Below, piece by piece: positions 1 through 10,278 of a stretch of DNA of 64,000 bases. The position numbers and the translations under genes are program-made. Under the pieces are notes generated by a model. The model was not told where the DNA came from, did not search any database, and saw only the letters and a list, made by a program, of their open reading frames with translations. Source of the DNA: Alphaproteobacteria bacterium. GTDB lineage: Bacteria; Pseudomonadota; Alphaproteobacteria; RF32; CAG-239. Positions within the stretch are counted from its first letter, which is position 1; every line of letters begins with the position of its first letter. Where the stretch lies: NCBI GenBank assembly GCA_017470165.1, contig JAFUEX010000014.1, positions 1,076 through 65,075 of the forward strand. Reading direction: 5' to 3'.

Positions 1-1595
1 TTGATGGCTCGAAGCGCCTCATTGATGGTCGAAACACAAGGGTCGGATTTCACATCAAAGAAAATCTGATACTCGATATCCATCTCTTCCAATATGTTGG
101 AAACGGCGTTGACTGTGCCGCTGTCAAACAAAAATTTGTCGGTAACAATAAAGGCACGCTTTTTTCCGGCCAACTCACGCAAGGCCACATCCACGGCACC
201 GCGCTTAAAATAAATTTTGGGCGGAACTCTGAACCACAACATATTCTCTCTCCTCTCGGCAACAGTTTTATAATTTAACAAATGTTTGACGCCAACGTTT
301 TCGCTGACCGAATTGCCACCCCATGAACCGCATCCGAGGGTGAGCGACGGCTCCAGACGGAAGTTGAACAAATCGCCTATTCCGCCTTGAGATGACGGCT
401 GGTTGACCAAAATGCGCCCTGTGGGCAACAAATTGGCGAAATAGTCTATTCGCTCTTGCGTACGCGGGTCGGTATAAAGCACCGAGGTGTGCCCCAAACC
501 ACCCAGCGACACCAACTTGAGCGCATAATCAACCGCCTCTTTATAATCCGCGGCTTTGTACAAGGTGAGAACCGGTGAAAGTTTTTCCAAAGAATAGGGA
601 TTGTCGCGGCTGATGAGTTTTTGCTCCGAGAGCAAAATCTTGGTATCCGCGGGGACTTTTAAGCCGGCCATTTCGGCAATTTTGACAGCCGGTTGCCCGA
701 CTATCAGCGGATTTACCCCTTTGGAGGTCATCAAAACGGCGGCAAGTTTTTTACTCTCGGCCGGTTTGAGCAAATAAGCCCCTTTTTGAACAAACTGAGC
801 TCTGACCTCGTCATAAACATCCTCGACTGCTACTACCGATTGCTCTGAGGCGCAAATCATCCCGTTGTCAAAGGTTTTGGACATCAGGATATAGGACACG
901 GCCATGGCAATATCCGCCGTTTCATCAATGATGGCAGGCGTGTTGCCGGCGCCAACTCCCAAAGCCGGTTTGCCTGAAGAATAGGCTGCTTTGACCATTC
1001 CGGGGCCACCGGTGGCCAAGATACAATCAACATCGGGGTGCGTGATGAGAAAATTAGTTTGCTCCAACGATGGCTCGTCTATCCAGCCGATAATACCTTC
1101 CGGCGCGCCGGCCTTTACCGCGGCCTCCGCGATAATCCGTGCAGCGGCAATGGTGGACTGCTTGGCGCGGGGATGCGGCGAAAAAATGATGCCGTTGCGG
1201 GTCTTGAGGCAGATGAGCGCCTTGAAGATAACGGTTGAGGTAGGGTTGGTGGTCGGGACAATACCGGCGATAACCCCTAAAGGTTCGGCCACAATCTTGG
1301 TGCCGTTGGCCGCATCGGAGCTGATAATACCGCAGGTTTTGGCATCTTTATATTTGTTATAAATATATTCGGCGGCAAAGTGATTTTTTATCACCTTGTC
1401 CTCGACCACACCCATACGTGTTTCGGACGCTGCCATTTTGGCCAAAGGAATACGCTCTTGAGCTGCTGCTGCCGCGGCGGCGTGAAAAATGGCGTTGACC
1501 TTATCTTGCGAAAAGGTTTTGAACTTGAGCTGCGCGGCTTTCACCCGCTTAATTGCAGCATCCAAATCTTGGAGAGTTTTATTGATTTCAGTCAT
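1..1595 (-). CDS. adhE: Bifunctional acetaldehyde-CoA/alcohol dehydrogenase; 5' part only, runs off the window start
   Basis: Absent from the ORF track because it is truncated. Manual translation from ATG 1595 gives MTEINKTLQDLDAAIKRVKAAQ..., catalytic CASEQS, GHTSVLY and the AdhE linker PSLTLGCGSWGGNSVSENVGVKHLLNYKTVAERRENMLWFRVP. Confidence 0.95.
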   Translation of the reverse strand, partial: MTEINKTLQDLDAAIKRVKAAQLKFKTFSQDKVNAIFHAAAAAAAQERIPLAKMAASETRMGVVEDKVIKNHFAAEYIYNKYKDAKTCGIISSDAANGTKIVAEPLGVIAGIVPTTNPTSTVIFKALICLKTRNGIIFSPHPRAKQSTIAAARIIAEAAVKAGAPEGIIGWIDEPSLEQTNFLITHPDVDCILATGGPGMVKAAYSSGKPALGVGAGNTPAIIDETADIAMAVSYILMSKTFDNGMICASEQSVVAVEDVYDEVRAQFVQKGAYLLKPAESKKLAAVLMTSKGVNPLIVGQPAVKIAEMAGLKVPADTKILLSEQKLISRDNPYSLEKLSPVLTLYKAADYKEAVDYALKLVSLGGLGHTSVLYTDPRTQERIDYFANLLPTGRILVNQPSSQGGIGDLFNFRLEPSLTLGCGSWGGNSVSENVGVKHLLNYKTVAERRENMLWFRVPPKIYFKRGAVDVALRELAGKKRAFIVTDKFLFDSGTVNAVSNILEEMDIEYQIFFDVKSDPCVSTINEALRAI

Positions 1596-1604
1596 AAATT
1601 TCCC

Positions 1605-3365
1605 TCATTTCAGTTGCGTTTGATAAAGTGAATTGTAAATGGAATTCGGATCGGCGATGAGGCTCTGATGAGTGCCCTGTTCGACAATGCGTCCTTGGTT
1701 GATGACCACGATTTTGTCGGCATTTTTCACGGTTGACAGTCTATGGGCAATAATAAACACCGTGCGGTCTTTCATCAGATTGTCAACCGCCTGCTGCACC
1801 ACTGCCTCCGATTTGTTGTCGAGCGCCGAGGTAGCTTCGTCCAAAATGACAATCGGTGCATTTTTGATAAAGGCGCGGGCAATGGCAATACGCTGTTTTT
1901 GCCCGCCCGAGAGCAAGGCGCCCTGCTCGCCGATTTGGGTGTCCAAACCCTTATCAAGCGAGGAGATAAACTCGTCAAGGCAGGCATTTTTGACGGCGGC
2001 AGACAATTCGGCAGGAGTAGCATCCTCCTTGCCTAGCATAATGTTGTCGCGGATGGTGCCGGAAAACAAAAAATTGTCCTGAAATACAATCGCAATTTGC
2101 GCCCGCAGGCTGTCGAGGTCATAATCGCGGATGTCAACACCATCGATGGCAACCGAGCCGGAAGAAACATCATAAAAACGCGGCAAAAGATTGACAAATG
2201 TGGTTTTGCCGCCGCCGGAGTTGCCGACAAAGGCTATGGTTTGCCCCTTGTCGATTTTGAGGCTGACGTTGTCTAACACCGGTTTGCCCTCAATATAAGC
2301 AAAACTTACATCTTTGTACTCAATATCCGACTTAATCCCCTTGAGCTGTGCGGCCGAACGTTTGCCGGTAATTTCGGGCTTGCGCTCCATAAGCTCAAAT
2401 ACGCGCTCCATCGCGATAATTGCCGCCTGCACCGAGTTGAAATTGCTGCCGATGCCCTTAATCGGCGTGTAGAGCATTATCAGCGCGGCGATAAACGAGA
2501 CAAAATTGCCGGGGGTGATGCTGTGATTGACAATCAGAATGCTGCCCCACCAGATGACCGCCGCAACCCCCAGCGACACCACAAAATGCATCATCGGCGA
2601 GACCAAGCCGGTGCGCTGCGTTTTTTTGATGCCGAGCTTGAAGCAATAGCGCTGGGTATCGGCAAATTTTTTGACCTGCCGGCGATATAAATTGTACGAA
2701 GCGATGATGCGGTTGCCCTTGAATGTTTCGTTATACTGGGTCATCAGCGAAGAGCCGGCAAACATTGACTGGGTGAGCAACGGCTTGATTTTTTTCTTAA
2801 CCTTGGTCAGGGGATAGAAGGCGCCAAACAGCACGATAATGGCAACAATCGCCAACTGCCAAGAGTTGTATATCAACACGCCTATCAGCGAAAGGCTGGA
2901 AAACAGGCGACTGGTGAAAGCCTTGAGATTGGAGAGTAAGCCGGAACAGCTGGAATCGACATCCGAGCTGAAACGCATCAAAATATCGCCGGAATTGTGA
3001 TTATCAAAAAAGGAGGCGCTGCAATGCAACAACTTTTTGTACATATCCAATTTGAGCCCCATTGATACTTTTTCGCCGACCCAAGCATTGAGATAGGTGG
3101 CAATATAGTTGAATGCGCTTTGCAACAAAGTAAACCCGATAATCAGAAGCGGAATATAGGCGGCGGTTTGCGCACTTTTTTCAATCATCACCACATCCAT
3201 ATAAGGCTTGAGCGCCCAAGCTATAACCGCATCAAAAGCCCCTATTGGCACCGATATCAGCAAAGCTATCAACGCCCTGCCCCAATAAGGCCGGATGTAT
3301 TTCCACATTTTTTGATAATAATTATAAAAATCGTTTTGCTTTAATTTGGCAACCAATTTGGACAT
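1605..3365 (-). CDS. msbA: MsbA-like ABC exporter (TMD+NBD), paralog 1
   Basis: 6-TM N-terminal domain, Walker A GNSGGGKTT, LSGGQKQR, ILDEATSALD, IAHRLST; start taken at MSKLVAK. Confidence 0.8.
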   Translation of the reverse strand: MSKLVAKLKQNDFYNYYQKMWKYIRPYWGRALIALLISVPIGAFDAVIAWALKPYMDVVMIEKSAQTAAYIPLLIIGFTLLQSAFNYIATYLNAWVGEKVSMGLKLDMYKKLLHCSASFFDNHNSGDILMRFSSDVDSSCSGLLSNLKAFTSRLFSSLSLIGVLIYNSWQLAIVAIIVLFGAFYPLTKVKKKIKPLLTQSMFAGSSLMTQYNETFKGNRIIASYNLYRRQVKKFADTQRYCFKLGIKKTQRTGLVSPMMHFVVSLGVAAVIWWGSILIVNHSITPGNFVSFIAALIMLYTPIKGIGSNFNSVQAAIIAMERVFELMERKPEITGKRSAAQLKGIKSDIEYKDVSFAYIEGKPVLDNVSLKIDKGQTIAFVGNSGGGKTTFVNLLPRFYDVSSGSVAIDGVDIRDYDLDSLRAQIAIVFQDNFLFSGTIRDNIMLGKEDATPAELSAAVKNACLDEFISSLDKGLDTQIGEQGALLSGGQKQRIAIARAFIKNAPIVILDEATSALDNKSEAVVQQAVDNLMKDRTVFIIAHRLSTVKNADKIVVINQGRIVEQGTHQSLIADPNSIYNSLYQTQLK

Positions 3366-3416
3366 TTCACACTCTTTTCTTATTTGTATCGCGCCGATGT
3401 TAGCGCAGAGCACGAG

Positions 3417-4802
3417 CTATTGCAAGTTTTTTTGTGAAGATATCAGATGAGGCGCAAAACGCAACTTGAAAATAGTGTAGCGCGACCGGTGTGATTTGAG
3501 GCGCAGAGCAAAACCGGATAAGTCGCACAATTTTTTGACCACCGCCAAACCAAGCCCCAAACCGGATGAGGCGGAAGAACGGGCAAAGGCAGAAAAAATG
3601 CGGTCTTGTATATCAGGGGTTATACCGCAACCATCGTCAATTATCCATATATGCTCGGAATCGTTGCCCAAAATAATGCGGGTTTTGGCATAATGGAGAG
3701 CATTGTTGAGCAGGTTGCGGAGGATGCGGCCCAAAACACGCGGGTCGCCTTGGATATGCGCCAAGGCCGGACGACAGATAATTTTTCGCCCCGCCGCGGC
3801 TGCCAATATTTGATATTCGGCACAAACCGCGTGCAAAAATTTCGGCAAATCGATAATCTCTTTTTTCAGCGGAGTACAGCCTTGTTCAAGTTCTACAAAA
3901 TAAGCCCAATCGTCAATTTGGGAGATAATTTGTCGGGTGTGTGACAAGATGGCTTCTTGAGGCGACAATTCGGCAACCGGTGAAACTGCACCATCTGATA
4001 ACGATGCGGGCAAATGCTCGACCAACAAATTTACGGCTTGCAGATGGTGCTTGATATCGTGCGCCAAACCGGCTGCCGCCACCATCGCTCCACCCGAGCA
4101 ATGCTGCGGCTCGATGTTTTGGATGATGCCGGCAATAGTATCGCGGCCGTTGACAAGCGTGCGGATAGCTTTGAAAACACAATGGCGGCAGGTTTGCTTA
4201 TCTCCCATCAGGCGTATAACCCCCTCGACCTTACGGCGACCGGAAAGCAGTTCTTTAATCTTTTGCTTATAAAGAGAAATGTCGGCGGGGTGGATATAAC
4301 GGCGCAAAATATTGCCGCGATAGGACGAGATGTTTGCCGGCAGACACAACAGGCGATACATTCCATCCGACCAATAAAAACGACGAGCGGAAACATCAAG
4401 TTGCCAATAGCCGATATCGGCAAACTCCTCGGTCAAGCGCTCTTGAAGCCGGTTCATATTTAAGCGGCGGGAAAGTCGGCGAATTTCGGTAATGTCGCGA
4501 AACACCAGCCACACCGCCGCGGCGCCGGCATAGCTGCTGACCAGATAAAAACGCCGATTATACGGCAGGTAAAAATCCAAATCCATCTGCTGATAAAAAG
4601 AAATGTCAATATTTTGACGCAGCAGACACCGCTGCGGCTCAGGCAAAGCCGCAAACAACGAGCTGCGCGCATCAAAAAGCGCAAAGGCAAGCTCGGCCTT
4701 GCGATTGCGATAAAGCACTTGACCGGATGAAGACACGGCGACAATCGCATCATCGGATTTATCAACGATAAAATCCGGCGAAACAAAACCAAGTTCGGGC
4801 AT
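3417..4802 (-). CDS. PAS-domain sensor histidine kinase (cytoplasmic; no response regulator in window)
   Basis: PAS-like WQLDV..FYWSDGMYRLL; H-box LAHDIKHHL; N-box LRNLLNNALHY; DDGCGI; GLGLGLAVV. Confidence 0.85.
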   Translation of the reverse strand: MPELGFVSPDFIVDKSDDAIVAVSSSGQVLYRNRKAELAFALFDARSSLFAALPEPQRCLLRQNIDISFYQQMDLDFYLPYNRRFYLVSSYAGAAAVWLVFRDITEIRRLSRRLNMNRLQERLTEEFADIGYWQLDVSARRFYWSDGMYRLLCLPANISSYRGNILRRYIHPADISLYKQKIKELLSGRRKVEGVIRLMGDKQTCRHCVFKAIRTLVNGRDTIAGIIQNIEPQHCSGGAMVAAAGLAHDIKHHLQAVNLLVEHLPASLSDGAVSPVAELSPQEAILSHTRQIISQIDDWAYFVELEQGCTPLKKEIIDLPKFLHAVCAEYQILAAAAGRKIICRPALAHIQGDPRVLGRILRNLLNNALHYAKTRIILGNDSEHIWIIDDGCGITPDIQDRIFSAFARSSASSGLGLGLAVVKKLCDLSGFALRLKSHRSRYTIFKLRFAPHLISSQKNLQ

Positions 4803-4819
4803 TAAACCCTCTCTTTACA

Positions 4820-5794
4820 TTACATCAGTTTGTAGTTGAGCAAAAAATCTCTCTGCAAAGGAGATATACTGAAATACCAATCCTCATACAAAAAAGAATT
4901 GTCTTTGATATAATCACTGACTGCTGTTTTGGGTAGGGTGTCGCTCAATAATTTTATGCTGACCCAAAGCCGGTTTTTCTGCGGCTCGTACAAATTAAAA
5001 TGAAACATCAGACCATAAAAAGTGGTAATGTCATAAATACGACTGACGGAAATATCGGGGTATTGCTCGTCAAAAAGCTGACGGCTCATTACGGCATCGA
5101 CATCCAACGAGGATAAAATGCCGGTGAGCATATCAACATTGACCCCGACACCCAAACGGTCGCGAAACTCCTCGATTGACAAACTGCGTCCCACTACCTG
5201 ACCGTCGATGTTTATCATCTCAATGGCCGAGGAGGGAATATCCACAATCGGGTGCGGCAACCACTCGGATGTCAAATAAGGAATGTCATAATCGCCGTTG
5301 ACCAGCCAAATACGGCGGCTGTCCGGCGATGAGGCAAAGAAATAGCGGTTCCGCTCATCATTAATGCCAATAACAACTGCGTCAACCAGCTCCTCGCCGG
5401 CATAAGTTTGCAACAAAATACCGCTGTTTTGCTTTTCTTGAAGCGGACTGTGCAGATGAGCCTTGGCATAAAGCTCGTCGCTGTAGGGCATCGGAACGGC
5501 ATAGGTGCTGGAATTGAGTGTGTCCAAAAAGCGACTGATGATCCGGAAATCGGCATAATATCCGCCATAATCAGGCAATGTCCAATAGCCGTCAGTTTGA
5601 CGCAGGCGGATTGAGCCGACGTTGCTGGTAATTACAATGTTGTCGATTTTTTCGCCGGCATCATAAGTGCGGGCAAAAACCAAACGCCCCTGCAGGCGCC
5701 CTTCGGAGCGAAAACGAAGAAAAGCCAGCACCGCAACCACGGCCAAAAGTGCGGTTATGGCTATAATGAGAAGTTTTTTGGCAGTTTTGGACAT
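4820..5794 (-). CDS. DUF4340-like membrane-anchored protein of Gld-type ABC operon
   Basis: N-terminal TM anchor; GYWTLPDYGGYYADF motif; position after GldG-like gene. Confidence 0.65.
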   Translation of the reverse strand: MSKTAKKLLIIAITALLAVVAVLAFLRFRSEGRLQGRLVFARTYDAGEKIDNIVITSNVGSIRLRQTDGYWTLPDYGGYYADFRIISRFLDTLNSSTYAVPMPYSDELYAKAHLHSPLQEKQNSGILLQTYAGEELVDAVVIGINDERNRYFFASSPDSRRIWLVNGDYDIPYLTSEWLPHPIVDIPSSAIEMINIDGQVVGRSLSIEEFRDRLGVGVNVDMLTGILSSLDVDAVMSRQLFDEQYPDISVSRIYDITTFYGLMFHFNLYEPQKNRLWVSIKLLSDTLPKTAVSDYIKDNSFLYEDWYFSISPLQRDFLLNYKLM

Positions 5795-7662
5795 TATTTT
5801 TTTCCTTTATTTAATTGTCTTTGACGCAAGCGGCGAAAACAAAAGTAACCGACAGCAACTACCCCCAAAGCCGACAAGGTCGGTATTATCATCAGCGCTA
5901 TGGTGAAAAATGTCAACAGGTTATTGTAAAATTCTTCGGTCCGGTAGGTGATTTTTTGCAAAGAATATTCCAAATGGTCAATTTCTTTTTGCAAATTGTG
6001 CTGGCGTTGTTGCAGTTTGACCGGTAATTTGAGATCATCAGAGAGATGTTTGCGCCGAAGCTCGGCAATTGCAGCACGGCGGTCGGCCAAATCGCCGAGT
6101 AATTGAGTGCGGCGGGCGGCAAAATGTTTGGCGGCCATTTCGCTGATAACATCTTGCAAAGGTTGCGCCGGCGTGTTATAGGCTTTGCGCCCTACCGAGG
6201 TGAGGCTGTCGGAGGATAAATAGTCCAAAGCATTGCGGATAAACAGCATATTGTCCGAAGAATAAAACTCGCCGGAGGATGTGTAATCGCCAAGCCAAAG
6301 AGAAGAAAGCGCCATATCGCTGTCGCCCACCAACAGCAAGCGGCCGGAAGCAGCGGCTTCAGTTTTGAACAGGGGCATCTGCGAGAGATATGCCGCATCG
6401 GTAATCGGCGGCATGGTATAAAAAGGCTTAAACCTGCCCTCCAGCAAGACAGCCAACGGCATAGGCTGATTTTGATAATGCAGACTATGCTTAAGTTGGG
6501 CAAAGTCACGGTTAAACACCGATGATACCGGAGAGACCGCGCTTTGTTTGCCGGTGGTAAACAGCAAGGTGAGCGACAAATCGGGGTTCTGCGCCTGATA
6601 GGTAAAAATAGAGGAATTTTGCAACCACAAGCGATGAATGCCGCGCATTATCGGATGATTTTCCATATTTTCCGGCACAACCTCGGGATAAAATGGGTTA
6701 GGCTGCAGATGTCCTTCAAAAGTGAAATCGCGATGGTGCGTGCCGTCGGCAACCAAGACATCTTCATAATAGGTGATGCCGTGATGAGATAAAAAACCAT
6801 CCATCGCGCTGCGTGACGGCTCAAAGGATGCCGCACGGTCGAACTGCGGTGAGAAAAAGGCATCCATCATCACCATAACATTGCCGCCGGAGAGCAGATA
6901 TTGCTCAATGGCATAAAGCGACAGCGGTGACATATGCTGGGGATAGAACAACAAAAGGACATCAACATCTTCGGGAATGGAAGGTGCATCGGCGCGCATC
7001 GGCAGAACGCGGAAGCCGTCGTTTTTGAGCCGACGGATGAAGGGCCAATCGTTATCCAGATTGAGAATGCTGTCTTGGGAGGCGATGTTGAACTCAGGAG
7101 AAATAACCCCTAAAAGCGGCAATTTAGCAGAGTTAAGAATCGACAAACGTCGGGTCAGGTCATCTTCCATAACATCAAGCCGCTTGAGGTCAAACTCCGG
7201 TATGGTGATGCTGCGGCCAAGGCCATCGGTAATCACACTGCCCAAGATGAGCTCGCGCTCGGTGTCGGCGGTTTTGACAGTGGTTAAACCGGCTGCTTTG
7301 GCCTCGGCCTCGGATGAGGAAAACGGTGCAACCTCAATGGCATTAAACCTTAAGAGACCGTGACCGGCGGCAGCATACTCGGCAAACAAGCGGTTGAGAT
7401 AATCGGCCAATGCGCCGTAGCCCGAACTGTGTTTTTTGATGTTTTGCGAAACATAGAGCCGGATATTGAGCGGCATAGTGTTGCGATTGAGAAAATCGCG
7501 TGTGGCAGCGCTCAAACTGAACCGCTTGTCCGGTGTGGTATCAAAAACCAAGCCGCTTAAGAATAATCCGCTCAGCATATTGAAAGATATTAACAACAAC
7601 AAGGTGCCGCCGATAAGAATGCCAAGGTTGAGTTTGGATGAGATGCTTTTGCAAAAACGCAT
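5794..7662 (-). CDS. GldG-family ABC transporter auxiliary component
   Basis: DTTPDKRFSLSAAT, IEQYLLSGGNVMV, GRLLLVGDSD, DNMLFIRNALDYL motifs; N- and C-terminal TMs; GGAGG upstream of MRFCK. Confidence 0.85.
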   Translation of the reverse strand: MRFCKSISSKLNLGILIGGTLLLLISFNMLSGLFLSGLVFDTTPDKRFSLSAATRDFLNRNTMPLNIRLYVSQNIKKHSSGYGALADYLNRLFAEYAAAGHGLLRFNAIEVAPFSSSEAEAKAAGLTTVKTADTERELILGSVITDGLGRSITIPEFDLKRLDVMEDDLTRRLSILNSAKLPLLGVISPEFNIASQDSILNLDNDWPFIRRLKNDGFRVLPMRADAPSIPEDVDVLLLFYPQHMSPLSLYAIEQYLLSGGNVMVMMDAFFSPQFDRAASFEPSRSAMDGFLSHHGITYYEDVLVADGTHHRDFTFEGHLQPNPFYPEVVPENMENHPIMRGIHRLWLQNSSIFTYQAQNPDLSLTLLFTTGKQSAVSPVSSVFNRDFAQLKHSLHYQNQPMPLAVLLEGRFKPFYTMPPITDAAYLSQMPLFKTEAAASGRLLLVGDSDMALSSLWLGDYTSSGEFYSSDNMLFIRNALDYLSSDSLTSVGRKAYNTPAQPLQDVISEMAAKHFAARRTQLLGDLADRRAAIAELRRKHLSDDLKLPVKLQQRQHNLQKEIDHLEYSLQKITYRTEEFYNNLLTFFTIALMIIPTLSALGVVAVGYFCFRRLRQRQLNKGKK

Positions 7663-7666
7663 AAAC

Positions 7667-8398
7667 CTACCTCCTTTTATATTCCAAAACAGCATAGGTC
7701 AAAAAGACAAATGCCGCACTCAAAGATATGAAATAAAGGCAAGCCGAAAGACTGATTTGACCGGAAACCATTGCGGTATATTGGCGCATAAAACTGAAAG
7801 ACCGTGCCAATTTCATCGCTAACAGGCTGTCTTGAGAAAACAGTGATGAGACAAAGCCGAAATTGATATTGAGCAACATCGCGCAGAAAAGCACGCCCAA
7901 AATAAACGAGGCCACAAAACTATAGGAAAAAACTGCGGCAAACAATGATAGAGCACACAAAGACGCACTCATCAAAACCGCGGCAAGATAACTGAACAAA
8001 ATCATTTGGTTGTTCAGGTCGGTGAGCGCGGCCAACACCGCCCAAATCAGCGCGGAAGATGCCAGCATTATGATACATACACTCCACGAGGCCAAAAACT
8101 TGGCCAGCACTACGCTGAGACGGCTTATCGGTTGGCTCAAAATTATCTCCAAAGTGCGATTGCGCGCCTCGTCGGCAAAAGAGCGCATGGTAAGCGCCGG
8201 AGTTATAATCGCCAGCACCACCGGCTGATACATAAAGAAGGTTAGCAAATCGGCTTCGGTTTTGGCATAAAAATCAGGTGAGAAAAAACACATGGCCGAT
8301 AACAAAAGCATATAAGCGGCCAACAACAGATACATCAGACGAGAGGAAAAATAAAACCGAAAGTCCTTACAAAAACATATCAGAGTATCGTGCAGCAT
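7667..8398 (-). CDS. GldF-like ABC-2 permease
   Basis: PALTMRSFADEARNRTLEIILSQPIS...VVLAKFLA; multi-TM; start MLHDTL immediately after the ATPase stop. Confidence 0.85.
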   Translation of the reverse strand: MLHDTLICFCKDFRFYFSSRLMYLLLAAYMLLLSAMCFFSPDFYAKTEADLLTFFMYQPVVLAIITPALTMRSFADEARNRTLEIILSQPISRLSVVLAKFLASWSVCIIMLASSALIWAVLAALTDLNNQMILFSYLAAVLMSASLCALSLFAAVFSYSFVASFILGVLFCAMLLNINFGFVSSLFSQDSLLAMKLARSFSFMRQYTAMVSGQISLSACLYFISLSAAFVFLTYAVLEYKRR

Positions 8399-8403
8399 TT
8401 GTC

Positions 8404-9123
8404 TTATCCCAACTGTTTGATTACGGCGCAGAAGGCGTCTTCGATGTTGTTGCTTTGGAAACGGCGTTTGAAATCCGCCAAGGGCGAATCGCACACCAAC
8501 TCGCCTTTGTTTATCAGCAAAACCCTTTGCGCCAAGGCTTCGACATCTTCCATAATGTGGGTGGAAAGCAAAATGGCGCAGCTGCGGCCATAGTCTTTGA
8601 GGAAGGCTCGCAGATTGATTTTTTGTTGCAAATCGAGCCCTTCGCAAGGCTCGTCCAAAATCAATACATCGGGATGTCCGATGAGCGCACCGGCAATCGC
8701 AGTGCGGCGGGAATAACCCTTGGATAAGGTTTCGCATTTTTGCATTAATACGGAATTGAGCTCAAGCGCGGCAGCAAGCATATCGCTCCGCAAAGCAAAT
8801 TCGGATGATGACAGATGCTTGAGGTCGGCCATAAAGCGCAGATATTCTGCAACCGTCATTTCGGGATAGAGGCCGCCGGATTCCGGAACATAGGCAATAT
8901 GCGCGGCAAAAGCCGAACGCGAATCCGCCAGATCGGTATCGCCATAACTCACTTGGCCGGAAAATGTATCATAATAGCCGATAATCGAACGCATCAGAGT
9001 GGTTTTGCCGGCGCCGTTGGGCCCTAAGAGCGCGGTAATTTCGCCGGATGGCAGGCTGAACGACAATTTATGCAAAACCTCAATACGGCCGAAAGATTTG
9101 CTCAAATCTTTTACAATCAACAT
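8404..9123 (-). CDS. GldA-like ABC ATP-binding protein
   Basis: GPNGAGKTT, LSKGY signature, ILDEP, STHIMEDVE. Confidence 0.9.
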   Translation of the reverse strand: MLIVKDLSKSFGRIEVLHKLSFSLPSGEITALLGPNGAGKTTLMRSIIGYYDTFSGQVSYGDTDLADSRSAFAAHIAYVPESGGLYPEMTVAEYLRFMADLKHLSSSEFALRSDMLAAALELNSVLMQKCETLSKGYSRRTAIAGALIGHPDVLILDEPCEGLDLQQKINLRAFLKDYGRSCAILLSTHIMEDVEALAQRVLLINKGELVCDSPLADFKRRFQSNNIEDAFCAVIKQLG

Positions 9124-9293
9124 AAAAAGTTTTTCTCCGATGCGTGGTTGGCAAATTATGGTTTATGATAACACAGATATTTTAAATTTTAACAATTATT
9201 TTTATTTTTCAAAATCTTTGATGACAAAAGAAATATTTTGTTTTATACAGTTAGTGTTTCTATTAAATATTCAGCAGTGGAAAATTTTGCAAG

Positions 9294-9821
9294 ATGAAGA
9301 TAATTGAGCTATACACCAAAGATGAGACCAAAAACCTGAAAATGGGATTGGCGGTTTTGGGAATAATCTTTTTGATATTTTTGATTGTGCTGTTTTCACG
9401 CAGCGAAATCGCCCCCAAAGAAGGCGGCCGATATTATGATTTGTATGCCAGATTCAACCGAACCGACGGCTTGCAGGTCGGAGATGCGGTCAGACTGTCG
9501 GGAATCGATGTGGGGCGCGTGACCGATGCCAAGCTCGATGAGGGGTTTAAGGCGGTTTTGAAAATGGAAATCAAAGAAGAAATAAAGCTGCCCGATGACA
9601 GTTCGGCGGCGATTGTGAGTTTCGGGATTATGGGCAAAAAGTATATTGAGATTGAGCCGGGAGGAGCTGAGGATATGCTGGAGGCCGGAGATGAGTTTGC
9701 CTATACTCAGGATGCGATGGTTTTGGAAGAATTGATTGAGCGTATTATCGGCATCGGAAAAGCTAAGCGCCAAGCAAAAAAAGACAACAATAAGGAGAAC
9801 ATTGAAAATGAGCAGGATTGA
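9294..9821 (+). CDS. mlaD: MlaD/MCE family protein, copy 1
   Basis: N-terminal TM; ARFNRTDGLQVGDAVRLSGIDVGRV, LPDDSSAAI, GIMGKKYIEIEPG. Confidence 0.85.
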   Translation: MKIIELYTKDETKNLKMGLAVLGIIFLIFLIVLFSRSEIAPKEGGRYYDLYARFNRTDGLQVGDAVRLSGIDVGRVTDAKLDEGFKAVLKMEIKEEIKLPDDSSAAIVSFGIMGKKYIEIEPGGAEDMLEAGDEFAYTQDAMVLEELIERIIGIGKAKRQAKKDNNKENIENEQD

Positions 9822-10278
9822 TTTTTTTACTTTTAAGCGGCCGGTTGAGACCATTATGGGTGTTTTGGTTTTGGCTTTGGTGGCAGTGTTTTGCTATTTT
9901 GCCTATTCGGTATCGGATTTGCAGGTGGTTAAGGGATATAATGTGAATGCCACATTTTTGAAAGTCGGCGGGTTGAATGTCGGCTCGGATGTGCGGATTA
10001 ACGGTATCAAAATCGGAACCGTGGTCAGCCAAAAGCTCGATGAGGAAGATTATACCGCCAAGGTAGTGATGAGTATTGCTTCGAATATCAAGCTGCCGAA
10101 AGACAGTGTGGCGGCGATTGTCTCCGATGGGTTGATGGGTGACAAATTTATCAAAATTGACCCCGGTCATGACAAAGAGATTTTGGCAGACGGCGATCGC
10201 TTGGTCAATACCAAGGATTTTAAGACAATTGAAGACTTGGTGAGCGAAGTAGTGTTTATGGTAACCGGCGATGAATAA
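9808..10278 (+). CDS. mlaD: MlaD/MCE family protein, copy 2
   Basis: VETIMG, GGLNVGSDVRINGIKIGTV, DGLMGDKFIKIDPG. Confidence 0.85.
   Translation: MSRIDFFTFKRPVETIMGVLVLALVAVFCYFAYSVSDLQVVKGYNVNATFLKVGGLNVGSDVRINGIKIGTVVSQKLDEEDYTAKVVMSIASNIKLPKDSVAAIVSDGLMGDKFIKIDPGHDKEILADGDRLVNTKDFKTIEDLVSEVVFMVTGDE

Noticed and set aside
7667-8737. 356-aa extended permease ORF from the track
   Set aside because: The N-terminal extension overlaps the ATPase out of frame; the real start is most likely 8398
4820-9123. Gliding motility system
   Set aside because: GldA/F/G-like ABC systems are widespread in non-gliding bacteria; no T9SS or gliding motor genes here
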